Assembly (NCBI GenBank): GCA_002781785.1
Contig: PFGC01000050.1
Span: 6,304 to 70,303 of the forward strand
Length of the DNA stretch: 64,000 nt
Direction of reading: 5' to 3'
DNA from: Candidatus Kerfeldbacteria bacterium CG15_BIG_FIL_POST_REV_8_21_14_020_45_12
Lineage (GTDB): Bacteria; Patescibacteriota; Patescibacteriia; UBA9570; XYC2-FULL-38-9
How positions within the stretch are numbered: position 1 is the stretch's first letter; every line of letters starts with the position of its first letter. The translations under genes were made by a program, and so were the position numbers. The notes beneath the pieces are model-generated. The model ran no database searches, was not told the origin of the DNA, and was given only the letters and a program-made list of their open reading frames with translations. Below, piece after piece: positions 1 through 10,540 of the stretch.

Positions 1-74
1 ACAGGCGCGTATGAATGAAGTCAAACTACCATACCGAAAGTCGACCTAGTAGTCAACTCGTTTGCCCCACAATG

Positions 75-392
75 CTATAACTCGTTAGTTTCGTTAGATA
101 CCGCCTTTGCGTCCACTGTCTTCAAGGCGTCCTTCAAGGCTTTGCCGGCTTTGAATTTAGGAATAACTACAGCTGGAACCTCAATCCTTTCTTTTGGGTT
201 TTGCGGGTTCACGCCCATTCGGGCACTTCTATACTTTGGTATAAAAGCCCCAAAGCCAGTAATAGTTACGGTGTCACCTTTGACCATGGCGTTGGTGATG
301 CTGTCTACCAGTGCCTCTAAATATTCTTCAGCTTGTTTTTTTGGTACACCGAGTTTTTCTGCAACGACCTCGGCCAGAATAGCTTTGTTCAT
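75..392 (-). CDS. hup: DNA-binding protein HU
   Basis: 105 aa; the motif GFGAF...RSARMGVNPQNPKERIEVPA is typical of the HU/IHF family. Confidence 0.9.
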   Translation of the reverse strand: MNKAILAEVVAEKLGVPKKQAEEYLEALVDSITNAMVKGDTVTITGFGAFIPKYRSARMGVNPQNPKERIEVPAVVIPKFKAGKALKDALKTVDAKAVSNETNEL

Positions 393-429
393 ATGAATTG
401 GCGTTGGTTTTTTAGCTAAGGTAAGTATA

Positions 430-1221
430 TTATAGCGTTACCTCGCGGTCAATGCGTTCTATTTTCGTTGCTAACTTAGTCACCTCATCAATATCAACTA
501 AAATGCCACAAGCCGTAACTGTGGTTGGTTCCGTTGGGGGTTCAAGTCTAACATCAAGTTCATCAGCCACTTTTTTTAAAGCCAAGTCCTTGTTCATGCC
601 CAGTGAAGATTCGGTGGCACCACACATGCCTAAGTCAGTTACGTAGGCCAGGCCTAGTGGCATGATGTGAGCATCAGCTGTCGGAACGTGAGTATGAGTG
701 CCGACTAGCAGAGAGGCACGACCATCGATATACCAACTCATCACTCTTTTTTCACCCGTGGCCTCAGCGTGAAAATCAACCAGCATAAGCGCCTCCGGTC
801 CTACCTTTTCTAATATGCGATCAAAAGTTCTAAAAGGTGATTGCGTGCGACCTTCCATAAAAACTTCACCAATCAAATTCAGTAGTACTACTTTTGTGCC
901 ATTAACTTCAAGTTCGGTATAGCCGCGGCCGGGTAGTGGGTCAAGATAATTTTCCGGTACCACTACCTGCTTTGGATTTTTTTCTAACATACGCACCCCT
1001 TCGCCATTTTTCCAAGCGTGGTTTCCGGTACTGAACAGATCAACGCCACAGGCTTCTAGCTCAGCTACAACCTCAGGAGAAAATCCAAAACCATGCGCAG
1101 AGTTTTCAATATTAGCCAGCACTAAATCAACCGCGTATTGTTTTCTAAGTTCAGGAACAAGCCTGGTCAGAGCTGCCCGACCAGGCTTTCCAACCACATC
1201 GCCGAAGTAGAGTAATTTCAT
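430..1221 (-). CDS. ymdB: YmdB-family metallophosphoesterase (2',3'-cyclic nucleotide phosphodiesterase)
   Basis: 263 aa; calcineurin-like fold motifs (GDVVG, GNHAW, GTHTHVPTAD); lies directly downstream of rny, as in Bacillus. Confidence 0.8.
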   Translation of the reverse strand: MKLLYFGDVVGKPGRAALTRLVPELRKQYAVDLVLANIENSAHGFGFSPEVVAELEACGVDLFSTGNHAWKNGEGVRMLEKNPKQVVVPENYLDPLPGRGYTELEVNGTKVVLLNLIGEVFMEGRTQSPFRTFDRILEKVGPEALMLVDFHAEATGEKRVMSWYIDGRASLLVGTHTHVPTADAHIMPLGLAYVTDLGMCGATESSLGMNKDLALKKVADELDVRLEPPTEPTTVTACGILVDIDEVTKLATKIERIDREVTL

Positions 1222-2736
1222 CTACCGAGCATATTCGATAACTCTTGTCTCGCGGATGACATTTACTTTAATCTCACCAGGGTATTTGAGGTCCTCTTCG
1301 ATTTGCTTGGCAATTTCCTTGGCTAGATTATGAGCTCTGTAATCGTCAACCATTTCTGGTTCTACGAACACTCTAATCTCGCGACCGGCCTGAATGGCAT
1401 AAGCCTTTAGTACGCCATCAAAACGCTTGGCGGTATTTTCGAGCTCTTCCAATCTTTGGAGATATTGTTCATAGGTGTCCTTACGTGCTCCCGGACGGCT
1501 ACCAGAAATACAATCAGCCGTTTTTACAATCATAGCTGCCAGTGTCGGTGGGTTGTCATCATGATGGCAAAAAGCAGCATCTGATAACTCCTTACTAAAT
1601 CCAAACTTACGTCCGATATCTCGGCCAATTTCTGGATGGGTTCCTTGAATGTCGTGATCAAGTGCCTTGCCGATATCATGAAACAGGCCAGCCTTACGAC
1701 ACATGGCCACGTCGGCTCCTAGTTGCTCTGCTAACAGGCCAGATAGCACACCTACCTCAATTGAGTGGCGTAAGACGTTTTGTCCGTAACTAGTTCTATA
1801 ACGCAGTCGTCCAAGAATTTGAACCAATTTTGGTTCCATAGCTGGAATGCCCATTTCGTAGAGCGCTTCATCACCAGCCTGACGGATTTCTTTTTGTAGT
1901 TCTTTTCTAGACCGCTCAACAGCGTCTTCGATTTTAGTCGGATGAATGCGACCATCTTCAATCAGTTTCTCCAAAGTCCTTTTAGCTAGATGGCGTCGAA
2001 TTGGTGAAAAACCGGAGATCAAAATTGACTCTGGAGTGTCGTCAACAATAATTTCAACTCCAGTGGCTTCTTCTAGGGCTTTAATATTTCGTCCTTCCCG
2101 ACCAATGATTCGTCCTTTCATCTCATCGGATGGAATTTGTAGAACAGTGGAAGTTGTTTCGGCCGCGTGTGATAGGCCACATCGATGAATGGCCATTGTC
2201 ATGATGTCACGAACTTTGGCGTCATAAACCTCTTGAGATTCACCTTCCAATTTTCGAATTCTAGACGCCAATGCCTCAGAGGAATCTTCCTCAACATTCT
2301 TCAGTAACAGTGTTTGAGCGTCGTCCTTAGACATATTTGCTACAGCCTCGAGCTTAGCGGTTTGCTGTTCACGCAAAGCCTCGGCTGACGCCTTTAGCTG
2401 TTCTACTTCCTCGTGCTTGCTTTCCAGCGTCTCTTTCTGTTTTTCCAGATCAAGTAGCTTTTTATCGAACATGGTTTCGCGCTGTTCAATCCGTTGCTGG
2501 GTCTTACTCAGCTCAGCTCTGCGCTCTTGCTCATCCTTCTTAGCCTCGTCCATAATTTCAATAGCCTTCTCCTTGGCTTCAATCAAAATCTCCTGCTCTT
2601 TGGATTTAGCGTCCTTAATAACATGCTCAGCCTTCATTTCGGCTGATTGTTGATTACTTGCGGCTTTAAGCTGTCGCGCTAGCCAGCCTCCTCCGAGACC
2701 AAAAACTAAAGCAACTGCGCCAATTAAAATTTCCAT
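1222..2736 (-). CDS. rny: ribonuclease Y
   Basis: 504 aa; N-terminal TM segment, coiled-coil, KH domain (GREGRNIKALEEATGVEIIVDD) and HD domain (HSIEV...LFHDIGK). Confidence 0.9.
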   Translation of the reverse strand: MEILIGAVALVFGLGGGWLARQLKAASNQQSAEMKAEHVIKDAKSKEQEILIEAKEKAIEIMDEAKKDEQERRAELSKTQQRIEQRETMFDKKLLDLEKQKETLESKHEEVEQLKASAEALREQQTAKLEAVANMSKDDAQTLLLKNVEEDSSEALASRIRKLEGESQEVYDAKVRDIMTMAIHRCGLSHAAETTSTVLQIPSDEMKGRIIGREGRNIKALEEATGVEIIVDDTPESILISGFSPIRRHLAKRTLEKLIEDGRIHPTKIEDAVERSRKELQKEIRQAGDEALYEMGIPAMEPKLVQILGRLRYRTSYGQNVLRHSIEVGVLSGLLAEQLGADVAMCRKAGLFHDIGKALDHDIQGTHPEIGRDIGRKFGFSKELSDAAFCHHDDNPPTLAAMIVKTADCISGSRPGARKDTYEQYLQRLEELENTAKRFDGVLKAYAIQAGREIRVFVEPEMVDDYRAHNLAKEIAKQIEEDLKYPGEIKVNVIRETRVIEYAR

Positions 2737-2992
2737 AGATCTCTAACGTTAGAGATGTGGACTCTACTGTACTCAAAGACCCGGAGATTATCCGGCTATC
2801 CGCGTAAGTTCCTGATTATTCGTGGCGGAATCAATTTCATGGGAGAAAAGTCTTTGGGAGTACAGCTCAACCTATGTTGCGGTTCGGAGTCCCTCATCAG
2901 TAATTAGCTGTAGTGCCAGTCTACGCCCTATGGACCTGCCTCGTCAAGATGAATTAAAAAAAGCCCCGATTTCGGGACTTTTTAATACTAGA

Positions 2993-3817
2993 CTAGACGC
3001 GGCCTACAATCTCTAAGTCAGTTCCGCTACCAACTCCCAAGCTCTCAGAGGCGCTACCGCCTTGCTGCATAATTTCCACGAACCGATTTTGGTGCATTCC
3101 AGAACTGCCCACAGTCAGGGCTACGTAGTCATTTGGAATGTCCTTTAAGCGCTCGTAGCAAGGCAGTCGGAATTGTTTATGTCCAGATACTCGGAAGACA
3201 ACCTCGCGGCCAACTTCAAAGCCAATTTCTTCAGGTAAAACATTTGTTTTCATATTTCCAAATGAGTCCACCCAGCAGATCATCGGTTTCATTTCTGGAA
3301 CTCCTGAAAACATTTCGGTTACTTCTAGCTCTTTACCCATCATGATGGCTGCAGCCAGTCGTGGTAGGTAGTCAAAGCTTCTAAATTGAGTGTGGATAAT
3401 ACGCTCCTGTACCTCAGGCGTTAGGTCCATTTGTGGAACTGTCTTTGGAATATCGTATACTTTTACATCAATATTTTTTCCACGAACTTTCTGTAACAGA
3501 CTCAAGGATAAACCATCAATTGTAGTAAAAAGATCGATATTGTCTAGCTTTACCCAGCCGAAAGGAGTTCCATTGGGCCATTTCTTTTGAGCTTCACCGT
3601 GCCGAGGGGCAACGTTTAATAGTACTACGCCTGGTCTGCCTTCGTATGCATCTACAATGTCTACAAGGTTAATTGCAGCCTCGACGTCGTTTTTAACGCC
3701 CACAAAAATAACGTTGCTCCCTGGAAAGTATGTCGAAACACGAGCGCGCAAGCGGCCGGTTGTGTTGTCGTCACGACAGTCAGAGATATAAGTGATTGGT
3801 TCGTTGAAGTTTTCCAT
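2993..3817 (-). CDS. SAM hydroxide adenosyltransferase-like protein (DUF62, chlorinase/fluorinase family)
   Basis: 274 aa; N-terminus resembles the DUF62 fold, and WVDSFGNMKTNV matches the conserved xIDRFGNLITNI motif. Confidence 0.5.
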   Translation of the reverse strand: MENFNEPITYISDCRDDNTTGRLRARVSTYFPGSNVIFVGVKNDVEAAINLVDIVDAYEGRPGVVLLNVAPRHGEAQKKWPNGTPFGWVKLDNIDLFTTIDGLSLSLLQKVRGKNIDVKVYDIPKTVPQMDLTPEVQERIIHTQFRSFDYLPRLAAAIMMGKELEVTEMFSGVPEMKPMICWVDSFGNMKTNVLPEEIGFEVGREVVFRVSGHKQFRLPCYERLKDIPNDYVALTVGSSGMHQNRFVEIMQQGGSASESLGVGSGTDLEIVGRV

Positions 3818-3819
3818 GT

Positions 3820-4434
3820 CTATTTGATAATTTTATCAATAAGTCCGTATTTCTTAGCCTCTTCTGCTGTCATAAAGTAATCACGGTCAGTATCACCCTC
3901 AATTCGGCTAAGCGGTTGCGTAGTATGTTCAACCAAAATCTTGTTTAGGCGATCTTTAATTCTAAGTATGTGTTCAGCCGCAATTTTAATGTCACTGGCC
4001 TGTCCCTCTGCACCACCCATGACTTGGTGAATCATTATCTCCGAATTTGGCAACGCAAAGCGTTTGCCGGCCGTGCCAGCAGCTAATAGCACAGCACCCA
4101 TTGACGCCGCTAGGCCCACGCAAATAGTGGAAACATCTGGCTTGATGTAGCGCATGGTGTCGTAAATTGCCAACCCGGCAGTTACCGATCCGCCCGGTGA
4201 GTTGATGTAGATTTTAATATCCTTATCAGCATCTTGTGATTCCAAAAAAAGCAGCTGAGCAATAATGGCATTGGCTACTTGATCACTGACTGGAGTCCCT
4301 AGAAAAATAATTCTCTCCTTTAGTAAACGAGAGTAAATATCGTAGGACCTTTCCCCATACTGTGATTTCTCAATGACAGTTGGGATCAGGTAATTGTCTT
4401 CAATCGCGTGTTCTCCAAGCGTTGGCGTACTCAT
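3820..4434 (-). CDS. clpP: ATP-dependent Clp protease proteolytic subunit
   Basis: 204 aa; active-site context [11 protein letters not shown] and catalytic HQ; family-wide similarity. Confidence 0.9.
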   Translation of the reverse strand: MSTPTLGEHAIEDNYLIPTVIEKSQYGERSYDIYSRLLKERIIFLGTPVSDQVANAIIAQLLFLESQDADKDIKIYINSPGGSVTAGLAIYDTMRYIKPDVSTICVGLAASMGAVLLAAGTAGKRFALPNSEIMIHQVMGGAEGQASDIKIAAEHILRIKDRLNKILVEHTTQPLSRIEGDTDRDYFMTAEEAKKYGLIDKIIK

Positions 4435-4446
4435 GAGTAGAAGTTG

Positions 4447-5436
4447 TTAAGCTGGTTCAATATGCCACTGGCCATCACGTTGTGTAATCTGGCCAGAGAC
4501 AGCGAAGCCGGCAGCCTTTTTATGGCCACCACCTCCAAATAGTGTAGCAATTTTAGAGACATCCATCAATGGGTGTGTTGTTCGCAAACTGCCTTTCACC
4601 ACGCCATTTTCACGCTCCGTCAGAACCATTATAGCCTTGGCGTCCGTTTGATCGTCTAAAGAGTTTAGGAAATTAGCTACGCCCTCAACGGCTTCTTCAT
4701 CCGCTCCGCATTCCTCGATATCTTTTAGACGCACCACGGTTGTTACCAGGCCGTCTGGTGATCTTTGTAGGCGCTCCAAGGCTCGGCCCCACAGGCGCAG
4801 GGTGGTCGCCTTCCGGTTCTGCATAGTTTTGTCTGTAATACTTTTCATGTTAACTCCCTTTAACAGCAGCTTTCCAGCTGTATCAATGGCAGATGCTGTA
4901 GTAGCTAGATTTGTAAAACAACCAGTGTCAGTAACTAGGCCGGTCATTAGGCAGGTAGCAATTTCTTTATTTAAAGCCTGAATTGAATCTAGTAAATCAT
5001 GTACTATTTCACAGGTGGAGGAGGCATCTGTAACTACGAGCTGGTGGTGACCATAACCACTATTCGTGGCGTGATGGTCAATATTAATCAATTTGTATTC
5101 ATGGTTCAGTTGGTCAATATAGTCGGCTACTCCCGCATATTTTAAATCACCCGCGTCAAGAACAATAATCAAATCAAACTTAGCTTCGTCTGGGTTCCAA
5201 TGGACGGAATCAGTTGTGACTTTATGCGACCCTGGCAGAAATTTCAAAGTCGGCGATAGGTCATCTATACAAAAACAGGTATGTGGTTTTTCAAGAGTAT
5301 CTAAATAATGAGACAGAGCTAGAGCTGCTCCCGCCGTATCGCCATCCGGCTTCTGGTGCATCACCAGCATTACATGAGAGGCTGCATCAATCTCTTTTAG
5401 AATGTCTTGGTAGATTGTTTTGAGGTCTTTATCCAT
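4447..5436 (-). CDS. nrnA: DHH/DHHA1 phosphoesterase (nanoRNase / pAp phosphatase NrnA-like)
   Basis: 329 aa; DHH motif region (NIDHHATN) and DHHA1 GGGGH motif (FGGGGHKKAAGF). Confidence 0.75.
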   Translation of the reverse strand: MDKDLKTIYQDILKEIDAASHVMLVMHQKPDGDTAGAALALSHYLDTLEKPHTCFCIDDLSPTLKFLPGSHKVTTDSVHWNPDEAKFDLIIVLDAGDLKYAGVADYIDQLNHEYKLINIDHHATNSGYGHHQLVVTDASSTCEIVHDLLDSIQALNKEIATCLMTGLVTDTGCFTNLATTASAIDTAGKLLLKGVNMKSITDKTMQNRKATTLRLWGRALERLQRSPDGLVTTVVRLKDIEECGADEEAVEGVANFLNSLDDQTDAKAIMVLTERENGVVKGSLRTTHPLMDVSKIATLFGGGGHKKAAGFAVSGQITQRDGQWHIEPA

Positions 5437-5546
5437 AGTCTTGTTCCCATTAGGGAACAGCTGACACTACAAGGATCGCCCGTTTGTGTCAAGACTTATT
5501 GCTCAAGGAAATAACTTTTCAGATATTCCTAGGTTTAGTTAAAAAA

Positions 5547-5903
5547 TTATTCAACAGCCCCGGTTTCTTGGTCGGCGGTGTCTATTGAATCGTAGACCCC
5601 CTGGGCTCGAATTTGTCCTTCGTCAAAAAGAAAGCGCAACTTTGGGGTGAATTTTATCTTAATCTGTTTGCCAAGAGCTCGCTGTACGCGCCCAAGTTGA
5701 GATTGCAATGACCTAAGTGTTGATACGCGCTTACCATCTGGAAGCACCATAACGTAGACATCAGCGTGCTTTAGGTCACGAGATGTATGAACCTCTGTGA
5801 TTGTTATAAAACTGCCGCGGGGTAATTCTACTTCTCGGTTAATAGCCTCAGACACCGCGTGCTTGAGGAGCTCATTAACTTGTCGCATGCGGTTACCTTG
5901 CAT
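5547..5903 (-). CDS. rbfA: ribosome-binding factor A
   Basis: 118 aa; RbfA-like; sits directly downstream of infB as in the canonical operon. Confidence 0.8.
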   Translation of the reverse strand: MQGNRMRQVNELLKHAVSEAINREVELPRGSFITITEVHTSRDLKHADVYVMVLPDGKRVSTLRSLQSQLGRVQRALGKQIKIKFTPKLRFLFDEGQIRAQGVYDSIDTADQETGAVE

Positions 5904-5911
5904 GGATTAAA

Positions 5912-7894
5912 TTAGTCACTTAAACCACGTTGCGTTTCTACAATTTCGTAGACCTCAATAATATCGTCTTCCTGTATTTCTACCTCAGTCTGAATTTTCA
6001 TACCGCACTCTGTGGCGTTCTTGACCTCACGAGTTTTTTTCTTGTCTTGTTGTAACTCACTGATAATACCTTCGCCAATATTTTTTCCAGCTCGCAGAAT
6101 TTTTACTGGTGCTTCAAGGCGCATAACGCCGTCCTGAACTCGTCCGCCAGCCACGGTGTATGTTTGCTCTCTTCTGAAAACGGCCAGAATTTTGAGACTA
6201 CCAATTTTATTAAAACTTTTAGCCGCAGACAGTAGTTTTGTCAGCTCTTCCTTAGCTAAATCTATAAGTTCATAAATAATATCATGCAAATGTACAGAAA
6301 TATCTTCGTCTTTGGCAAACTTCAACGCACCATTAGTAATCCCAACGTGGAAGCCCATCACTAGAGCTCCCGAGGCGCTGGCCAGATGGATATCATTTTC
6401 GGTAATGCTGCCTAAGCCTTTCTGAATAAAATCGATTCCTACCTCTTTATGTTGAATGGCTTGTAGAGATTCAACGATAGCCTCAAGCGAGCCTAACTTA
6501 TCGGCGCGAATAATAATGGTGAGTTTTTTCTTACCATCTTCATCTTGCTTTACCCTACCCTTCAGGAAGCCAAAAGAATCATAGCTCTTAACACCATCTT
6601 TCATTTCCTTCTTGTCTTTCACGCTGCGTAGGATATCTCCTACCACTGGAGCGTTTTTTAGGCCCAAGACCTGAGCTGGCGTCGATGGTCCGACTACCTT
6701 CATTTCTAATCCCTGCCAATCTTTTAGAGATCTAATTCGTCCAGGAATATTTCCAACCCTTACTAAATCACCGCGATGAAGTGAACCGTTTTGCACCAGC
6801 ACTGTCGCGATCGGACCGGTGTGTTTATCAACGTGAGATTCAATGATTGTTCCTACCACATCTCCAGCTGGGTTGGCCTTCATGCCATTAGTTTCTACTT
6901 CAGCTAGCAGTAATACAGCATCTAGAAGCTCGTCGAGGTTAGTTCCTGCCTTAGCACTGACGCCAACGGCCACTGTCTTACCACCGTAGTCTTCTGTTGC
7001 TAGATTAACTTCGGATAGTTCTTTTTTTACACGATTTAAGTCTGCTCCTGGCTTATCAATTTTATTGATAGCAACGGCAAAAGGAATCTTAGCTTCCTGG
7101 AGAATATGAATAGATTCAATGGTCTGAGGTTTAATGCCATCATCAGCCGCTACTACCAAGATTGCGATATCAGCCACTCGAGCACCTCGTGAGCGCATCG
7201 TAGTAAAAGCCTCATGACCTGGAGTATCAATAAAAGTTATTTGTTTTCCATTACGCTCAATCTGGTAGGCGCCAATGTGCTGGGTAATGCCTCCAGCCTC
7301 CCCTTCGGTAACATTTGTTTTACGAATAGCGTCTAACAAAGTAGTTTTTCCATGATCGACGTGACCCATAATGACTACAACCGGCGGACGTTCAACCATG
7401 TCTGCTTCAGCTTCTTTGCCTAGAGCCTCTTCGATTTGAGCTGCGCGGTCATCAGTATTATCAATACCAGCATTCTCCAAAGACAGTTCCGGGGTGTAGC
7501 CCATGTCCTCAACAATAATCGCCACCGTATCGTAGTCTAGAGTTTCATTAATTGTCGCCATGATCCCGTTTTGCATAAGGATGGCGATAACGTCAGGAAC
7601 GCGTTTTTCCAGTAGTTCTGCAAGATGCTTCACAGTAATTTTATCTGGCAGTTGGATTTTCTTAATATCTCCTGCTATCGAGTCAACAATAATTTCCTCT
7701 TTAGCTTCGTCTTCAAAGATACTTCTCTTATTATCAGCCTTCCGCTTCTTTTTGATGGCCTGAATTATTTTAACAGCCACAGCGTCATCGAGCTTAATCG
7801 CCCTTTCTCCAATATCAAAACCAAGTTCGTTCACCAGGGTGAAGAACTCGTCTTTAGTCATTTTTAGCTCGCGGTAGAGCTCAGTTACATTCAT
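5912..7894 (-). CDS. infB: translation initiation factor IF-2
   Basis: 660 aa; GTPase motifs GHVDHGKTTLLD and DTPGH, then the IF-2 C-terminal domains. Confidence 0.95.
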   Translation of the reverse strand: MNVTELYRELKMTKDEFFTLVNELGFDIGERAIKLDDAVAVKIIQAIKKKRKADNKRSIFEDEAKEEIIVDSIAGDIKKIQLPDKITVKHLAELLEKRVPDVIAILMQNGIMATINETLDYDTVAIIVEDMGYTPELSLENAGIDNTDDRAAQIEEALGKEAEADMVERPPVVVIMGHVDHGKTTLLDAIRKTNVTEGEAGGITQHIGAYQIERNGKQITFIDTPGHEAFTTMRSRGARVADIAILVVAADDGIKPQTIESIHILQEAKIPFAVAINKIDKPGADLNRVKKELSEVNLATEDYGGKTVAVGVSAKAGTNLDELLDAVLLLAEVETNGMKANPAGDVVGTIIESHVDKHTGPIATVLVQNGSLHRGDLVRVGNIPGRIRSLKDWQGLEMKVVGPSTPAQVLGLKNAPVVGDILRSVKDKKEMKDGVKSYDSFGFLKGRVKQDEDGKKKLTIIIRADKLGSLEAIVESLQAIQHKEVGIDFIQKGLGSITENDIHLASASGALVMGFHVGITNGALKFAKDEDISVHLHDIIYELIDLAKEELTKLLSAAKSFNKIGSLKILAVFRREQTYTVAGGRVQDGVMRLEAPVKILRAGKNIGEGIISELQQDKKKTREVKNATECGMKIQTEVEIQEDDIIEVYEIVETQRGLSD

Positions 7895-8046
7895 AGCTAA
7901 AAAACATTACTGTTTTTAGCCAAAAATGTCAATCTTTACTACTGGCTGCCAAAAGCTTGGTAAAGCAGCCTCCTTGAGTGTCCCTGGATAGAAAACACCC
8001 CCTCTTTAATGGTGAGGGGGCGTTTCTGTCTGGCTTATTGTTTTTC

Positions 8047-10434
8047 CTAACCCTTGGTTGAGAATCTTTTCCACTGAGTAAAGTTTGAGCAGCCAGCGTC
8101 GTTACAGGCTTTCAAACGCCATTGGTATAAGTGAGCGGCTTTCAGTTTTTTTACAGTTTTCTTCACTCCAGACAGGCCGCTGAACTTTCTATATTTAGCC
8201 TTCTTTTGAAAGTCCTTCGCCTTAGCACACTGAGCTTTTTCTTCATTCTTACATTTTCTAACCTGGAGTGTGTAGCTATCGGCGCTGCTAATTGCTTTCC
8301 AGGTTAGATTAACTTGTTTATTTTTTCGTTTCTTGACCACCAATTTCTTCTTCTTTGGTTGGTTTGGTTTTTCAATACTACTGCTTCCCAGCCCCTTGTC
8401 TCCGACTAGGGAGTAGGATGAGAAGTGAGCAACGCTAGCTGTGACCACATTTTTTTCGGTATCAACCGAGGTGGATGAAGTACTGGTGTATGAGTTGGTA
8501 TCTTCATCAAAGCTGGCTGCAGCTAAGTCCTCTTCTACCAAGCCCATATCAGCCAGGCGGTCCTCATCGTAGGATATATGGAGTGTTAGGTCCTGGGAAA
8601 ATTCAGTAATTTCATTTCCAGCACTATCTCTAGCCGAGAAGTCCCAGTTTACTCCAGCGTTATAGTCAGAGTCACTACTTGGTAAGCCAGAAGCTGAACC
8701 AACCGTTAAAGTGATTGTGTCCGAGGCCAAAGCTTCTTTTGGAACAATCAACTCTGACTCACCATCTGGAAGTTCAATCGTAGTTGAACCGGCACTGTTG
8801 TCGAATGTATAAGTCGTGTCATCGTACCAGTTACCGGCCTCTGTTAGGTTAACTGTGACAGAGGTTTCTCCGTCTTTATCTCCGGTCACTACCTTGGTGT
8901 CTGAGGCTCTGTAGTAGGTGTTTTCACCAAATCCATCGCAACCGATCCAAGCAGTGGTGTTGGATAGCCAAGCGATTTCACCACTTCCATTTACTAGCTC
9001 ACCCCAATTTTGTCTGCCAGTTTTTGAGTCATACACGAAGCAGAAGGCATAGTCAGCACCGAAGGCTGTGGCTCCTAACGATTCTGCACCAAATGTTGCT
9101 GTGATGTTGATTGTGTGGTCAGCCTTCACTGCTTGCATGTTCAGGCTCTTTGATCCGTCTTTCTTAAGTAGAACCAACTCATTTTCGGGGGGTAAAACGT
9201 CACCGGTCCAAGCTCCAGTTGGATAGGCCGACACCTCATAGGTAATGCCGCTCTTTACATAAAGAGTAGCCACTCCATTTTCATTAGCCGATGCTCCTAC
9301 ATAGCCGCTCCAATCTGCCGCCGAGGCATCCACTGCGCTAACCCAGGAATATGGATCTGGCTTTCCGTCGGTCCCAAGTACAGTTACTTCAATAGTTCCG
9401 TCTGCTTCCTCAAGGGTAAACGGTACAGTTGTTTCCGCGCCAGATGTTGGTGACGCAATCGTCACCATTTCATAATTCTGAATGTATTTGGTGCCACTTC
9501 CAGTGCTGTAGAGTCCGCCGCTTTTGTATTCATATAGGTCACCACTTCCAGAGTCGACGCTGTCATCTGAGCCAACGTCACTGTCTAGGTTGCTTGTGTC
9601 ATCAACCCAAACACCAACCTGGTAAACGTAGTCACCAGACAGGACGTTTAGTTCGGCGGTACCGTTACCACCCTGACTCCAAGCGAAATCATTATAGTAA
9701 TCATTTCCTTCTGGGTCCGTTACTGAGTAGGCGTAAGCCGAGAAAGATTCAACAGATGTGATAGGATCTCCGTTTTCATCAACCAAAGCTATGTTAAGAG
9801 TGGCGTCGTGAGCCAGCAGTGTAATATCCATCTCCTTAGTTTCACTAGAAGATACGGTTGCGCTTGCTGCTACAGCGCCATAGCCATCAACCCACGCTTC
9901 ACAGGTGTAGGTGCCAGCGACTACGCTAATATCAACAGTGGACTCCCCTGGGTTAAATGACCCCCAAAAATAATTTGTCCAGTCAGCTGTGTAACAACTA
10001 GCAGAGCCCCAGCTGGTTAGTGGAATGGCTACGCTGGCCCCGTCTCCATCGACGAGGTTCAAACGCAGGGTTGCGTCTGTCCTGTTGACTGACAAAGACA
10101 CAGCGGTTACGCCACTGTCTTCAGTTGTAATTCCTTCACTACTATAAGAGCTGGAAAACCCATCCCCCCAGGTGCTGAGGTACCACTGACCAGAATCATC
10201 CTCAGACAGATCCCACGAAGCTACGCCGTTTGAGTCAGTCTGCTCATAGGCCCAACCACTGGTCGTGCTCATGTCGTCGGACCAGCCAGAAACCCAAATC
10301 CCAACAGCTGGATCATCACTCTGATCAGTGACCGTTACTTGAATAGAGCGAGTAGCCGCTTGGGCGCCGGATGCCACAAAAAACACTCCGAGGAGTGATG
10401 TAGTAAACAGCGCAAGCAATGATTTAATGTTCAT
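8047..10434 (-). CDS. large secreted S/T/D/G-rich surface protein with C-terminal Lys-rich Fn3-like module (paralog 1 of 4)
   Basis: 795 aa; signal peptide MNIKSLLALFTTSLLGVFFVASGAQA; repeated beta-sandwich-like segments; C-terminus KKKKLVVKKRK...SYTLQVRKC...YQWRLKACNDAGCS...W is shared with the ORFs at 42823, 51009 and 58115. Confidence 0.6.
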   Translation of the reverse strand: MNIKSLLALFTTSLLGVFFVASGAQAATRSIQVTVTDQSDDPAVGIWVSGWSDDMSTTSGWAYEQTDSNGVASWDLSEDDSGQWYLSTWGDGFSSSYSSEGITTEDSGVTAVSLSVNRTDATLRLNLVDGDGASVAIPLTSWGSASCYTADWTNYFWGSFNPGESTVDISVVAGTYTCEAWVDGYGAVAASATVSSSETKEMDITLLAHDATLNIALVDENGDPITSVESFSAYAYSVTDPEGNDYYNDFAWSQGGNGTAELNVLSGDYVYQVGVWVDDTSNLDSDVGSDDSVDSGSGDLYEYKSGGLYSTGSGTKYIQNYEMVTIASPTSGAETTVPFTLEEADGTIEVTVLGTDGKPDPYSWVSAVDASAADWSGYVGASANENGVATLYVKSGITYEVSAYPTGAWTGDVLPPENELVLLKKDGSKSLNMQAVKADHTINITATFGAESLGATAFGADYAFCFVYDSKTGRQNWGELVNGSGEIAWLSNTTAWIGCDGFGENTYYRASDTKVVTGDKDGETSVTVNLTEAGNWYDDTTYTFDNSAGSTTIELPDGESELIVPKEALASDTITLTVGSASGLPSSDSDYNAGVNWDFSARDSAGNEITEFSQDLTLHISYDEDRLADMGLVEEDLAAASFDEDTNSYTSTSSTSVDTEKNVVTASVAHFSSYSLVGDKGLGSSSIEKPNQPKKKKLVVKKRKNKQVNLTWKAISSADSYTLQVRKCKNEEKAQCAKAKDFQKKAKYRKFSGLSGVKKTVKKLKAAHLYQWRLKACNDAGCSNFTQWKRFSTKG

Positions 10435-10540
10435 ACGCTTCTCATTTTGTTGTTTTATTATTTTCTCGTGCCACTATATAAAAATAGCACATTTAACTTG
10501 ATCATTATAACACAATAGTGAAACTTGATCAAGTCACTTA

